Shown: piece after piece, positions 37,571-51,900 of the stretch
How the letters are laid out: every line of letters begins with the position of its first letter
Position numbering within the stretch: the first letter of the stretch is position 1
Program-made: the position numbers and the translations under genes
Assembly: GCA_040954595.2 (NCBI GenBank)
Contig: CM082576.2
Span: 3,074,760 to 3,138,759 of the forward strand
Direction of reading: 5' to 3'
DNA: 64,000 nucleotides
Origin: Balanoglossus misakiensis
Taxonomy: Eukaryota > Animalia > Hemichordata
The notes under the pieces: generated by a model
Seen by the model: only the letters and a program-made list of their open reading frames with translations
Databases searched by the model: none
What the model was told of the DNA's origin: nothing

Positions 37571-39134
37571 ATGCCGTCGAAGGAGACCAACACACCGTAT
37601 GTGTGCACACTGAGCAAAGAGCTGCAAGAAGTGGCAAAGCGAGAACTGAACGAAGACCCTGACACGCGAGCAGACCACATCAAGACCCTGCGAGCGCTGA
37701 CGAACACCCGGCCGGACATCAAATTCCGCCGGGACGACGCGTTCCTGCTGAGGTTCCTGAGAGCCAAGAAATTCGACGTGAAGCGAGCGTTCCAGCAGCT
37801 CTGCCGCTACTACGAAGTCCGGAGCGATTACCGAGAGGTATTCGACGGACTGCGGCCGTCGAAGATAAGACACGTCTGGGAAACTGGTATGGATGTCGTC
37901 TTGCCTGACAGAGACAAGGAGGGGCGGAGGATTGTCATGTTCAGACCAGGTTTGTCTGCAATCGATGGTTATATTTCCATTGCATTGTAAATTAGCCTCA
38001 ATTGTTTTAGAGGGTCCACAGAAACTGTGCAAAACTGTGCTAACATACCAAGTGGCAAGTGAGCGTGATCGATAAAGTGACGACTTCTGAAACCACAGAC
38101 AGTTGTTCTGCTAAAACCAGGTGTCTTACAGGTTGTTGTCATGTGACTATGAATTTGAGTGGGGCGCGATTACATTTTGTTGTCTCCGAGTTTATAAACT
38201 TTTAACTCTCACACATCTGGTGACAAATGGAATCGTTAACTTGAAATCACCTTCTTGTTTGACAGGCAGGTGGAACCCCGAAGTGTGTCCGCTGATAGAC
38301 GGTATGAAAGCGACGGTCGTCAGTTTGGAGAAACTGTTGGAAGAGGAAGAAACCCAAATCAATGGCGTCGTGCTTATTGGCGACTTCGCCGACTACTCCA
38401 TGAAACAAGCCATCCATGTCGGACCCACCTTTGCCAGAATGAACACTTCAATCGTGCAGGTATAGTGGTTACTATAGTCAGCCTGATGTGTAAAAATGTC
38501 AAGGTGTAATTGCAGTTTTGATAGTTGAATGGGGCAAAGCCACTGTGTGGTCGATAAAAACTATCTTTGTCAATTTTTGGTTCGTTTTAAACTTTGACTA
38601 GGGCGACCTGTTCGCAACTTTCCTCTAATCCCCCTTTCCTCGTGTTTTCTTCAGAACGCCATGCCGATGCGAATCAAGGGCTTTCACTTTGTCAACACCC
38701 CAGCTATCTTCGAAGCCGGGATGGCGCTGTGGCGACCACTGATGAGCGAGAAAATGAGACAACGGGTGAGTTTTAAAGAGAGAGAGACACGGCCATAACT
38801 AATTTTGTTAGCTGTCTACCAAAATGCTTGTCACGTTGAATGATATGGGTTTGGTTTTGTCCCAACACAGATGCATCTCCACGGTGACGAGTTCGACACG
38901 CTGCACAAACACATCCCGTCGGCGGCGCTGCCGACCGAGCTGGGCGGAACCTCATCCCAGATCCACGCGCGCTGCAGGGAATGGATGGAGGAACTTCTGA
39001 AGTGGGAGGACCAGTTTGTCTACAACAACGTCACATTCGGACCGCCTAAGAAGGAGAACACGCTCGGTGGCAAGGCCGCTGGGGCTGACGCCAACATGGG
39101 CCTCGTCGGCAGTTTCAAGAAACTTGATGTTTAA
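37571..39134 (+). CDS. CRAL-TRIO (alpha-tocopherol transfer protein / clavesin / CRALBP-like) lipid-transfer protein, about 315 aa
   Basis: Exons 37571-37949, 38266-38459, 38655-38765, 38871-39134. Motifs AKRELNE, DDAFLLRFLRAKKFD, RDKEGRRI, EETQINGVVLIGD, PMRIKGFHFVN, LPTELGG, C-terminal GSFKKL. TATA-like TATATAA near 37319. Confidence 0.93.
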
Positions 39135-41653
39135 ATTGAGAGGCTCGGATCGCCGCGCCCTTGCCTATCTGGAGAAGCTTCGGGTCTCGACACGTACCCG
39201 AAAGCGTCTGGTCCACTGAAGCACAGACAAATAGAAATATATTGGCCCGTGTCCGTTTAGTTATTGCTGCCCCTAGGGCAGTTTGACCCCGTCCCCATGT
39301 GAAAGGAATGGACCTGTAAGCAGATCGAAACAGTTACTTTCGTATTGCACGCGTTTCAGTTTTCAGTACTATGAACTTTGCAAATCTTGGTACAGGCCGT
39401 TTCTCCGTGCACTCAGACAAACCGTCGTATACGTACATTTATACGATATTTAAAATGTCGATCCGGTGTTTAGCGAAAGGTGTTTGTGTTTTGTAACATA
39501 ATGAATGATCCAAGTTGGTCTGTCATTGGCAATCACTTTGTACATGATTAATTATTTTATATTCGGAAAAGGGAGAAAATAAACGTCGTAAACGCAGCTA
39601 ATGCGTAAATATGTGTATTTCTTTTCTGATCGTACGACCTGTGGGGGAGAACCACATAAATATTCCTGTTTTTCTTGGCTTGGGTTTATTTTTCACACTC
39701 TGAAATGCTGCAGTTTTATGTCATCATAAACCCGGCAACCGGAACCCCGATTCTTTATAACACGACTGAGGATATATACAGCATAAAGCTTATAGACCGT
39801 GATCATGTGTATAGTCGATGCAGTGTCAGCGACGCGAAGAATTCGGTCGTCGATGGCGCACTTCTGTCTTCCTATTCGACCATGCAGCACCATGGCACCA
39901 TCACAATGCAGTGATGATGATGATGATGCTACTGCTGGATCCCATTATCATGAAGAGCTCTTGGGGTATAGGCGTTGCACCATTGGAACGTGGTTTGAAA
40001 TTTTAACATCCCCAAAAGGAATAAAAAATGAAAGTAAAACTTCACCAAAAAGTGCGTCATCGTGCCTTGTGTGCTGTTAAGCCCTCCTGCGAGCCCTGTA
40101 AAATATTTAGGTCTATAAAAGATAAAACAGACATGAAGACAGTATATATCAGTATATTGGGATCGGCCAGAAAAAGTTTTCCTTTGCTCAGGAGAAAGCA
40201 AAACCAGGCTCAAGACAACGGCAAAACTTTGAAAATGTACTCTTTATAGAGTACAATCCAAGTATGTAGAACTGTTATTTGATTGCATATCTTTTTTTTC
40301 AACAGGGCTTACGCCACTTATCTTCTGAGTCTGTCGGGTTGTGTAGTGCATTACAAATCAAATATTTCCTCTCTCATGAACATTCGGGTTGACAGCTGTA
40401 CTGGAAATATCCGGCGGGTTGGGTCAGGTCACGACCTCTCGGGCCCGCGGCAGGCACCATATCTGATCGGACTGACTGATTACTCGTGGCCTTTTTAATA
40501 GTGAATGGGGTCATGGCCGAATTGCCATTCCATCACCAGAGTATACTTCGATAAATTTTGAGTATTGACGGTAAAGCTCCTCTTGCTGAAACTAGTCCGC
40601 TTCAAAACGCAACTCTCGGACAAGTATTGATCCGCTGGCTTTATAGGTTATCCATCATTTTGTCACTTTTATGACCGATACCACCAAAGCCTAGAATGTG
40701 TCGTGTAATCCAGCAACAGAAACAAACACCGAACTGATATCTTGACATAGTGATGACGCCACGATGACGTCAAGTGTTTTGTTGTCTTCAAATTGTTCCT
40801 AAAACGATTAAATGGTGAGAAAACACATCATCGGGTTTGGCAATGATTGTGTACCTTCATTAATTCATTCATTTGTACGTTAATATGTTTGTTTATTTAT
40901 TTATTTATTTATTTTGATAGTTTCTTCCAAGCCTACGTTATACTAATACAGGAACCAGGTACAAATAAGGAAAGACGGCTAAAAGAAACCGACACTTTTT
41001 TGCGATGTACAAAGCACCGCCAAAAAACATGATGGAACACATAGATCCTCGAGAGAGAAAAATCGAGTATCTATGGAGGGACCAACAGCCCAAAGTCGTT
41101 TTCAAGTGAAACCCGAGCATCTTTCGTATGATGAAGCTCTAGGTCACAATGCAGAATTACTCGCCAGCATGACGGTGACCAAGTCATGAAGTTCGCCCAG
41201 CTAGTTTACGCAATCACCGGGATACCATTCTACTCACCCCCGTGTTAATAGTAGTTTGGTCGTATTGTTCGATCGGCGGGTTTTAAACCGCACCGTATGA
41301 ATATTACTATTGTTCCTGACAGGGCTGGCCAGCTGATCGGTTGTATTAGGGGAGAGAGAGAGATAGGTGAGTGAGCTGAAACAGCACCAACCTTGTATCT
41401 ATTTCGCAATCGGTTGAAAATGCCGGTTTAGAGAAAACGATGTCTACACATCTGGTATGTCTGCGTCTGAATCCGAATCTTGTTGGTTTTCACACGAGAA
41501 AACGACAGAAATGGTCGTTCACATTCACGGTCCTGCACTCGTCGTTTCTTAATTATGTAAATTTTGGTTTCTAGGTTCTATTTCATTGCCTTTATTATAG
41601 CCACAACTCTTACTATTTTTGCTTTGTTCAGATACAGATGATATCTTATCAAA

Positions 41654-44600
41654 ATGGTTGTCAAGAAGCAAGGGAATAGCTACGCAAATGATGACAAAGC
41701 AGACACAAAAATCGCTCCGTTGAGTGAATTTGTCGAACTGCAGGACATTGAATTTGAAATTGACCGAGTGATTACACCAACGCCTACACAAGGGGAACCG
41801 ACAACAACTCCCAACGGATCAGTACCGAACGGATCGGTGCCAAACCACGACCACGGGCACTCCAATGGACATTTACCTAAACCTCCAGACATGTACGAAG
41901 CAGACGACGTGCCAACGGAAGTTAGTGTGCTGATCAAAGCTCCTGAGTCAGATAACAAGTCGAACACTGGTCCTGTTGACAAGTGAGTACATAGTGTACA
42001 GTTTTCTACACATCATCAACATATTAAAGGGACAAAGTCACTCTCTCGCTGCCCCTTTTCCATTAATACAAGACACCGTTTATGTCATTCAATCAACGTT
42101 CGACCACACACAGGAGAGTGAAAAACTCGCCAAAATGAATATAAATCTGTGTTTACCATTTATTCATTTTGGCAAGATGTTTACTCTCGTATCCTAAAAA
42201 CGGGATGGAAGTTGTTTGTGGTCGAACGTTGATTCACTATATATCCACATAGGAAAAGGGGCAGCTAGAGAGAGACTTTGTCCCTTTAAAGATTCGGTTA
42301 TCGTTACCAATAAATCGTAGACGTTACAAACTTTAATACTCTCATGCCCTATAAAACGACTGTCGATGTTGCATGATACAATGCAATGTGAAGGCAGTAA
42401 TAGCATTATCGATAAATGCCGGAATTGTCAATACTACACTGTTTTCCAAATCTGTGTGTTCGTATATTCAGTGCAGTAAACAATTCATTTCACAAGGCAT
42501 ACCTGGGGATGGGCACAGACGAGGAAAATCGTCTTTGACCGGCATCTCTCATGCGGTGGCATGTGTTGGGTCGTGGGTGTACTGTCCACATGTACACCTT
42601 CTTATATGGAAATTTGGCTCATATAAATGGATCAAATAACAATCGATTGTCCCAGTAAGACTTTCAAGGTCAGATAATCACCACGAATCAGCAAGCTTGT
42701 AAAATGTAGACTGTTCAAGGATATCTGGGGAAGAAACCACGTTTTTACCAGAACACAACTGTACCTTACAGTCTATATACACATAAAATGCAAGTCTCCC
42801 TAGTAAATCCTTGCCGAATGGTTAAACTTAAAAAAATTAATATGTATGTACTGTACGACATCATCACATCAATTTTGGAAATAATCCTCAGTATTCGCGC
42901 AGGAAGTTTTTAACTCAGTTCAATATAAAATCACAGTGAATGGCAAATCTCTCAGTCTCTGCTGCAAAACAAATTAGAACAACCCAAGAGGTTAAACTTC
43001 CTCGGGTTACAGTGACGGTCTGGAATTTCAGACCAAAGCAGGTCTTCAGCCCGATGTGCGTAAACCAAGTAACTTAAATACCTGAAATGGTATTGATGCC
43101 CTGTAAGTCAAAAAAATTTCTTGCGGCTGACTCACTCCAGATATTGGTCTTAGATCACCTTACCAGGTTAAAAGATATTCAACGCTATAGTCTTCAATTC
43201 TGTCATCATACGGTTTCCCTGTTGAATTTTTCTGTTGCATTATTTTCACTAACATGATTTCTGTATTTTTTATGTATTCTTTTAGATGGAAAATTGTCTA
43301 TTATATATTTGCCCTACACGGCCTGGGAACTTTGCTACCATGGAATATGTTTATCACTGCTGAAGCAGTAAGTGTTTTTTTCGTCACTGTAGAGCCCTGA
43401 TAACACACCTATCAATGCATGACCACAACAATGCATACGTGTGACCTTGTTACTAGTTAGCGTTTTTATAAAGCTGCCAGTTATTGTTTTATTCGTTTCA
43501 CCTCTTGACGTTATGTGTTTTGTGCATTTCGAGTGTTGATGATTTTGACATCATATCAAAGCTTTTTAGTGCTGGTGTAAATGTTAGCATTTATTCATAT
43601 AAACTATGAAAAGAAACTTATTTCTCAGTCAGATGCCTGATATATAACAATGTTGCTGCAGTTGAATCTTTGTTATGCTTTTTCCTGGAGTTGAAATTTA
43701 ATTTCACCTAGCCAAAGTTATTCTAGGTACAATGTCACCTTCATCTTGACCCAGTGGACTGTGTTGTATTTTTCAGTATTACACAGAACACAAGTTTGGC
43801 AATGTCAGTGACAATGCAGAGTACAAGGACAAGTTTATCAGCTACCTTGGCATTGCTGCCTTTGTTCCTACACTGTGCTTCATGACGGCGACCCTTTTTC
43901 TTCAACACAGGTGAGTGGGCGATTTTATTGTGTCTGTGTTTTGTTGCCAGGGAAGTCAGGGCTTTTATTGTTCGTGTGGTTTTACTGCCATTAAAGTTGG
44001 CTGATGTCAGATATAGCTGGGGCAAAACGCTTTCTTCCTTGTGCCCATGTATGGGGATACATTGAACATATCTGTGGGTTGTGCATTTCAGGGGATTCTG
44101 GGACCTTACAGTCTCAGCCCTAACTGTGCTAACAGGAGTGTAGTTTTTGGTCGAGTAAACAGTGTTCCCATAATTCCCTTTATAAAGTGGAATTTTGGTA
44201 TTCAAGAAAATGAAAGCAAATACCATTATGATGACTCTTACCAATTAAAGGGTCTGACATGGAAACTTTGAACTTGATTCAATGAAGAAAGTGTCTCTTT
44301 TTGTTGAAAAATGGAAGCAGACTACAGATGTTTGTTGGCAAGTGGCCTGACTGAAATATTGACAGAAGTACCAAATTTACCTTTAGATATGTATCATGTC
44401 AATCCCTGCATCGATAATAACCAGACCAAGGCAAAAGCTATGTTTTAGGGTAAAAATATAACAATTACATGTATCTAAGTTCTATATAGTATTTCTGGAT
44501 GATGCATTCTTAAATTCACAACAGCTCCACCTCTCATTACTTTAATTATGTGCATTAATTTATTTTTTAGGACGATGACCAAGTCCAGAATAGGGTACAG

Positions 44601-47600
44601 TATCCTAGTGATGATTGCACTGTTTGTGCTGACAGTTATCCTGGCAATTCTGGACACATCATCATGTAAGTGCTGTCTAATATCTTATTACCCATTAATT
44701 GTCAGTGTCTCAGACTGTCCACAGAGCGACGACACAAAGTTTTTTGTCAGTTGCTTGCACCAAAAGATAATTATACCAAACTACCTCCACTGATCACTTA
44801 CAGTATTAATCATAACCTCAAATTAAGTGTCGACAAGTCAGAAAGATTGGAGATACCCACGTTATAGTAGCCATTGATGGTCTGAGTGCAAAGGTCACTG
44901 TAATTAGTCCACGAGGTGTAGTACGGTACTTCTATCATCACCACAACTGTCAGATATTTGTGGCCTACGTGTGCATCAGATAGAAGCCATCCAGGAGATT
45001 ACAGAGAGCCAAGTCTGGTGTCTGTGCAAATGTTGATAAGAGTCTTGATAATAGTTTGTGACAGGGCACAGATACAGACCTTCCTTTGCATTGTGTTTTT
45101 TGAAGATCATCCAACAATCCTTGTTTGTTGAGGTGATTCTGTAATTTTCAAGCGGTTTTATTGACTGACAGCTAAGTGGATAAGAACTGCTAGATAACTC
45201 CAAGTGTTTGTTGAAATAAATGTGATTTATGTCAACGTCTCCCTCACACCACTGACCCGTTCCGTGATAATCATGACATGTGCGTCATACATTGTATGTT
45301 GACTGTAATTTTGTTTTTTCGTATTGACAGGGCCCGGACTCTTCTATGGACTGACAATGGGAACTGTTGTTTTATTCAATGGTACGTTTCATATGGTTAT
45401 CATGAAGGCTGTAATAATTTCAATGCCTCCACTTGTCTGCATGCTATTAATAAGGTGGATCTGTAAACGTACATGTATGTGCATATACATATATACAGCT
45501 GTTCCAAAACTGATATACAAATCGAAACACACACAACTTATTTGGCCATAAAATTTACAATGATAGTTTCCATTTTGGTTTCAGGAATGCAACAATGCAC
45601 AAGTGTGCATTAAATCATCTGAAATGTCAGAAATCCTTGTAATGTTTTGTAGTAATTGAGCTGCACTGCTGTCGACACTTAACCAGTAATATTTGACAAC
45701 CATCAGTGCTGGTTTTATTGTCCCTGTGAAACTAATTTTAGATTATTTGCAGTATGGTAGTGAACAAAACATACAACTGCGGACCTGTAATTTCTGCAAG
45801 TTAGTTTGTATGGTACTGCTCAACCACATAGCAGCTACAGTAGCTGTTCTTTTTCTATAGCTAGCTAGGTCATTACGACCCATAGGTCATTCCACCCTTA
45901 GGTCATAATATGGTCAAGCTATACTAGCTAGTACCTCATTTGCCTTACCAAGGGTTTTGAGGTTAATTACCCAAGTCATGATGTACATGTGATCACATAA
46001 ACAATGGTTGTGTAATATAGTTTGTTTTTGTCTACTGACTGACAGGTGCCTCGGCTGTCTATCAATCAAGCTTGTTTGGTTTTGCTGGAAGACTGCCAGT
46101 GAAATACACTCAGGGGGTTCTTGCTGGCCAGGTACTTGAGGGCAGATTGTTTTGAGCATTTTGTGCACAGGACCTGAAAAAAGGCAGCAGTCTTAGGGTC
46201 CACAACCTGTCATTTTTCATTGCAAGTGAAACATCCCACGCCTAAATAGATGTTGTGCAAAAAGGTCATAAAACATCAGATAGGCTGACAGTTGGCTTAA
46301 ATCATTCTGTATGGTATATTATGATCTCGATGTTGTGTCTACATTTCAAAAGGGATATTAAAATAAAGATAAAATGTGTCTGGTTGAGAGAAACCCATGT
46401 TATCTTTATTTTCCCCCAGTTTATGGATAATGTCTTTCCAGTAATATCACAATGTTATGTGCATTCTTACAGGGACTGGGTGGAACATTTGTATCACTGG
46501 TGTCAATTCTTTCAATCACAGGTAAATGCATGAAAACTTGTTCCTTCCCCGACCAAACTGTCATTTGTGTTTGCGTTTTGAGACTGATAAATGGGAGTAC
46601 ATTTGTGGTATTTGCATTCATCTTGATGTGAAGAAATAAAACAAATGTGTAATATTATCTCTTTCAGTTGCGTCGTCTTTGAGAGCGGCTGCCATTGGCT
46701 ACTTCTCATGTGCCTTAGTAGTACTTATCATCTGTTACATCTCATTCCTAATCATGAACAAGATGGTGAGTATAGACAGGAATTTATTTTTGTCAAATGA
46801 CAAAATATTCACTCAATATTTTCAAATCCCAACGTGTATGGAATTATCACACTATGTCCTTGGGTATTCTATTCTGTATATTGTAGCATGTTCTCTCTCT
46901 AAAAAATTGTATTTTTTGTGTGCATATATTTGCAGCCCTATGTCAAGTTTTATTTGCACGAGACGCACAAAGAAGAAGAACCAGAAACAAAACAAATAGA
47001 AGAGAAAAAGGAAAGCAGTGCTCCCACTCCGAATGCAACGCCACCATTCTTGAAGATCTTCTGGAAGGTACGACTCTCCAGTCTCATACCGAATTCATTT
47101 TATTCCTAAGAGCTGACTTCGTAGTGACAATTTATATTTAGCAGAAACCAGAAACACTCTCAAGAGAAAATAACTGTGAATTTCAGTGCAAGGATTTACC
47201 CCAGAGTATAACGTTCTAACAAATGGATATTTAGATGTACAATGGTGCATACCTATCAAATGTTCGGGTTTTTACCCACTGAAAAATCCCTTGAAACAAG
47301 TATTTTACATTTTCGTTTACTTCTCCCTCCTTAGATCAAGTGGCAGTTGTTCAACATCTGGATGTGTTTCTTCGTGACTCTATCCATCTTTCCCCCTCTC
47401 TTGGTCCAAGTTGAACCCAGTGGCGAACTTACAGAATTTAAAAGTAAGGATCAAAAACAGAATGTCCTATTGTGAAACTCTATACATGCAGTGGTTCAAG
47501 TTACAGTCTTACAAGAGCAATCATATCTGATTGAGTCTGTACACGCCATTAACTAGAACAGCCTTTGTGATCACGTACATACATGTATATCTGTTGTATA

Positions 47601-48935
47601 TCACTGAAAACATTGTCCAATGTGAATTATTTTATATCATGTTATTCACATTGTCATGTTCCACTAGAAGGATATGATCACATGCTGAAATAAACAAATA
47701 TTGAACGTAATTTTATTTTTGTACATAATTGTGTATGATTGTCTAAGAGTATATAAATATCAATTACTGTACTTGATATATTTTTTCCTTTATATTTCAG
47801 TCAAATACTTCACTCCAATGACTTGTTTCCTTCTGTTCAACCTGTGTGACTTTGTGGGTAGCATCTTCCCTATCTGGATTCAGTGGGTAAGGTTTGCAGA
47901 GAGGTTGCATTTTTAACCATGAAAATACGCCATTTTGAATGTTTTGAGAATGACAACCATATATGGTGGATGTTGCTGTGGGTTACTATAATACGCAGTG
48001 TGCATAGCGGCTGTTGCCTTGAACTCAGATTGACCTATCTGACCTTCTAATTTCTCTGACCTGAATTTTGCAAGTGGAGCTATTTCAAGTGGTGTATTGT
48101 ACAGCGTGGTAATCAATCCAATACAACTGGTGTACGTATAAGTCCAGTTTAGAATATCAGTCAATATATGAACTGTCTGAAACACAGTTTAATGACCTAT
48201 GGAAATTGTAACAGCTTTGAATAAATATTTTTATTATCCTCTTCCTCTCTCTTCCAGCCAAGCTCTAAGTATCTATGGATTGCAACCACAAGCCGTATTA
48301 TTTTCTTCCCAATCTTCCTGTTCTGCAACTACAGACCATACGACAGGACTTTGCCAGTACTTATAGATAATGACATTGTCTATGTCATTCTGGTCATGGT
48401 GTTTGCATTGTCAGCTGGATACCTGAAAAGCTTGCCAATGATGGCTGCACCAAAGTAGGTTTTTTGTACTTTGGGAAGGGCAAAATTACACTGCTATATT
48501 ACAGTCATTCGTCTGGTAGATGTGATAATCCTTCATCTTGGTTGTTAGAATGTTTTTAGGTTAATAACAAATCCTTGATACATGAATATTGTCATATTAT
48601 GTAATCGAACAAAATTATGCAACTCTGTTATGTAATTAAAATGCATGGAAACACATTGTTTACATTTTCACATCATATTCACTGCATCTTGCAGCTATCA
48701 TACTTGAAAATTATGTGATAAATTTTGGAAGGTGTTACTTTTCATTTGGAGTGTTTGGGGGTATTCAATGGTTCTGAAAAAATCACTGGAAGGATTCTTT
48801 TTTTCTCCTGCCAACAGGTTGGTGGAACCACAACACTCAGCAACAGCTGGAGCAATGATGGCACTCTTTCTCGTCCTGGGAATTTTCACTGGGCTCAACT
48901 TTTCCCTTGTGTTTCCAGCCATCGTTTCTATCTGA
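41654..48935 (+). CDS. SLC29A: Equilibrative nucleoside transporter (SLC29 family), about 521 aa
   Basis: Exons 41654-41982, 43286-43367, 43777-43910, 44571-44665, 45331-45381, 46046-46131, 46473-46521, 46668-46765, 46936-47067, 47335-47443, 47801-47886, 48258-48454, 48818-48935. Motifs GLGTLLPWNMFITA, YQSSLFGFAG.LP.KYTQ..LAGQGLGG, FFVTLSIFP, CFLLFNLCD, FLFCN, AGAMMALFLVLG. AATAAA at 52491 suggests a 3'UTR of about 3.5 kb. Confidence 0.93.
42028..42285. mobile_element. Kolobok-like MITE with TTAA target-site duplication, short copy
   Basis: TTAA-AGGGACAAAGTC...GACTTTGTCCCT-TTAA; further nested inverted blocks (AATCAACGTTCGACCACA, GCCAAAATGAATA); homologous to 55372-56029. Confidence 0.8.
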
Positions 48936-51900
48936 TAGCCGTTGGTTACGCAGAGAGAGAAACTACAGCACTGATAACTACTGTGGAGGATGTTCAAATG
49001 CTTGATGCAGGAAATCTCTGTGTGTGTTGCGCGCACATCAAATTCAGGACCCCTCCCTCGTGTACATAAATGTAGGATTACTATTGTACAGCAGTGAACA
49101 AAGGCCAACATCCACATTTGATCATATTAGTGACTGATATATTGGTGGTGGTTTACAATGCAATGTCAAAATTATTGGGACCATCAGAGATGCAAGATGA
49201 ACCTTCAAAGATGCTCGATGAGAAGTTGAAAAGTTGGGGAAAAAGATCAATTATTCCAGTGGACTATATAACTGGTTTAGAATGATCTTAACAGAGAACC
49301 ATATTTCAAACATGGTTTAGTAGTACTAGAAGTAGACCTTTTTTGTTGTCTTTTTTCCATCACTGGGCATGGTGAAGATAAAATCGACACAACAATCGTG
49401 TGATAAGCTCTCATCAGAGATGTACTAGTATCTGTGTAAAAGACATGGATATTAAATAAAACACACAGCAGTAGTAATTCCATGACCATAACGAAAAATT
49501 TTGTCCATGCATACAGACTTTTTAAAAGTCTCTCTTTCTGCTCAGGGTTTCATTAACTATGCATTCCAACAATAACCTGTGCAGACTGATATGGTCACAG
49601 ATCCAAGCTCAAAACTTAACAATGTCTGTTCAAATCAAACAAATAGTCCAACATTAGAAAATGTTCATTCAAGCAAAAAAAAATTTACAGTTACGTTTAA
49701 ATTCATAGTTAGCCTTGGCAGTAATTGCTGATAAAGTTAGATTTATCATGTATCAGAATATTTAATTTTTTTGTTTGTATCAAATTATCTGAAGTTACTT
49801 GACACCATTGGATTGTTTTCTGTTGTAAGTTACTGTTGTATTCTGATAACATAAAAATAACATGACTATTGTCATATATGTTTTTTGCAGTTTTCTTTTT
49901 AAAAATCCTGCATGTTTTTGTGTCTGGCACAGTATTGAATAACCTGCCTGTCCTCTTCTGCTTGTTTTCCTACTTTTGTCTCTTTTTTTCAAACTGTGAT
50001 GTCTATAATTTTGTTCAGCTAGACTAGCAAACAGGTCAATGGCACCAATAAACATGGGCATCTATAAAGTTATATTTTACAGACCAAGTCTTTACTTAGC
50101 TCAAGTTTGGTATTACAGTTTCACCTATATTAATCACAAATGTATTTGCGTGAAATTCATATTGCTAAAAAAAATTGGCTTTCTGGTATTGTTCGTGGAA
50201 GGTTTCCTAACTTCCATTTCACAGCCACACAAGACTTTGTTGTGGTGTTTTTGTTGAGATAACATTTGTACTAATTCACGTTTTTATAAGTATATGTGCA
50301 GATGTTGGCATTTTCTCATGCAGCTGGTAGGCTGATATACGTTTGTAATTGCAAATATAGAAAATGTTACATTACATACTGTGTGTATGTTACAATGTCA
50401 GTCTGTAAGATGTAGCTAGTGAAAGAAATATGTAAGTTTATGTAGAAACTAGATTTATATATACAGGGTTCCACAGACATGATGGCTGGCAATACAAAAT
50501 GTGCTGCAAATTCTATAGGACTTTTTTGTGATAAAGGCATGACAGTTATGGGTTGCAGATTAGTGCCACAAGGGCGACAGGGTAACTAAATTTGAACAGC
50601 AGTCATAAAATAAAAAAATATCTATGCTAGTTTATCAAACACACATATTAATTGATTATATGCATGTTCTGCATAGTCTGAAAGATTGAGTCCAATAAGA
50701 TTTACATGTTGTTGTTTTTTTTGTAAAGTATGTCTGGTAGAAACCAGCATTCCGCATTATGTCTCAGCATTATTATATGTTTTCTGCAGATTTTTGCCTG
50801 ATGTAATATTTACTCAAGTGGCATGAGTTGTTATTTGGAAATTGCCGTTGTGCACATTATGAGTGTCAGTGAATATTCTGAGTGTCAGCATGTTGAATGT
50901 ATCAGTACACAGTCCCTTCAAGGACTGCTCACTCAATACAGTACATACAATATGGTGTACAGTGTACGTGCAGGCCAAGGTCATATCATTTCATCATCAG
51001 AACACTTCAGTTGATGTACATATCATTGTGTTCTCAGGGGCTGTGTATGTTTACACAGGGCAGTCAGACCATATCTGCATCGTGGTTGGTACCCGCCCTG
51101 CGTTACGCAATAAAACATCAAGTGTTCAGCAGCGACCGACTAAATCAAATTCAGAAATCCATCACTGATTAAATTAACATGTCCGTTTTATGATATACAT
51201 CTGTAGGTACCTATGTGCCATACAGAATGTTTCTACAGGCAACAATCATCCAGTCTAGTGAAGTAGTTGAACGTAGAATATTTTACTACCTTAGAATTCC
51301 TGACTGAATGTGTTTACTTTTGTAGTGTATTTTTCACGTTATCGTTTTATTATTGTTTTATCTCATTTGGCTAGCGTAGATATGATTGCAACTCATGAAC
51401 ATGCATGCTCATAAAAGTGACACCCCAGTCTTCCATACATGTGCCAGATGTGTCAATATGCTGAATTTTCAGCTTCTATGTATTGGCCAATCCAGGGGTC
51501 AGATGAATATAAATTTGTCATCTGGTAGAAGTCAGTGCATGACCATGCCCAGACATGTCTCTCTGCTGGTGGCATGATTGCCATGGTCATGTCACAACTA
51601 CTAGTATTCTTCATTAGTAAAGGAAGTATACTGTATGAAGTAGTGATAGCGCCTAATTAGCAATAGAGCAGAATGCTTGTGAGCACTGAGATCACAGCCT
51701 ATACTAGTAGTTGAAATGGAATGTTTTTCCTGCCAGTTACAGATCACTTATTTTATGAAATTTATGTCTTCAATCTGTCATAATTTCCTGAAATATCCAG
51801 AGTAATGCAAGTTAAATGAACACAGGGCCAAATTTCGTTACATTGTACTTTTTGTACTCTTTTGAAAATCTGAAATTTTGTATCAAGGCAATGTATAATT

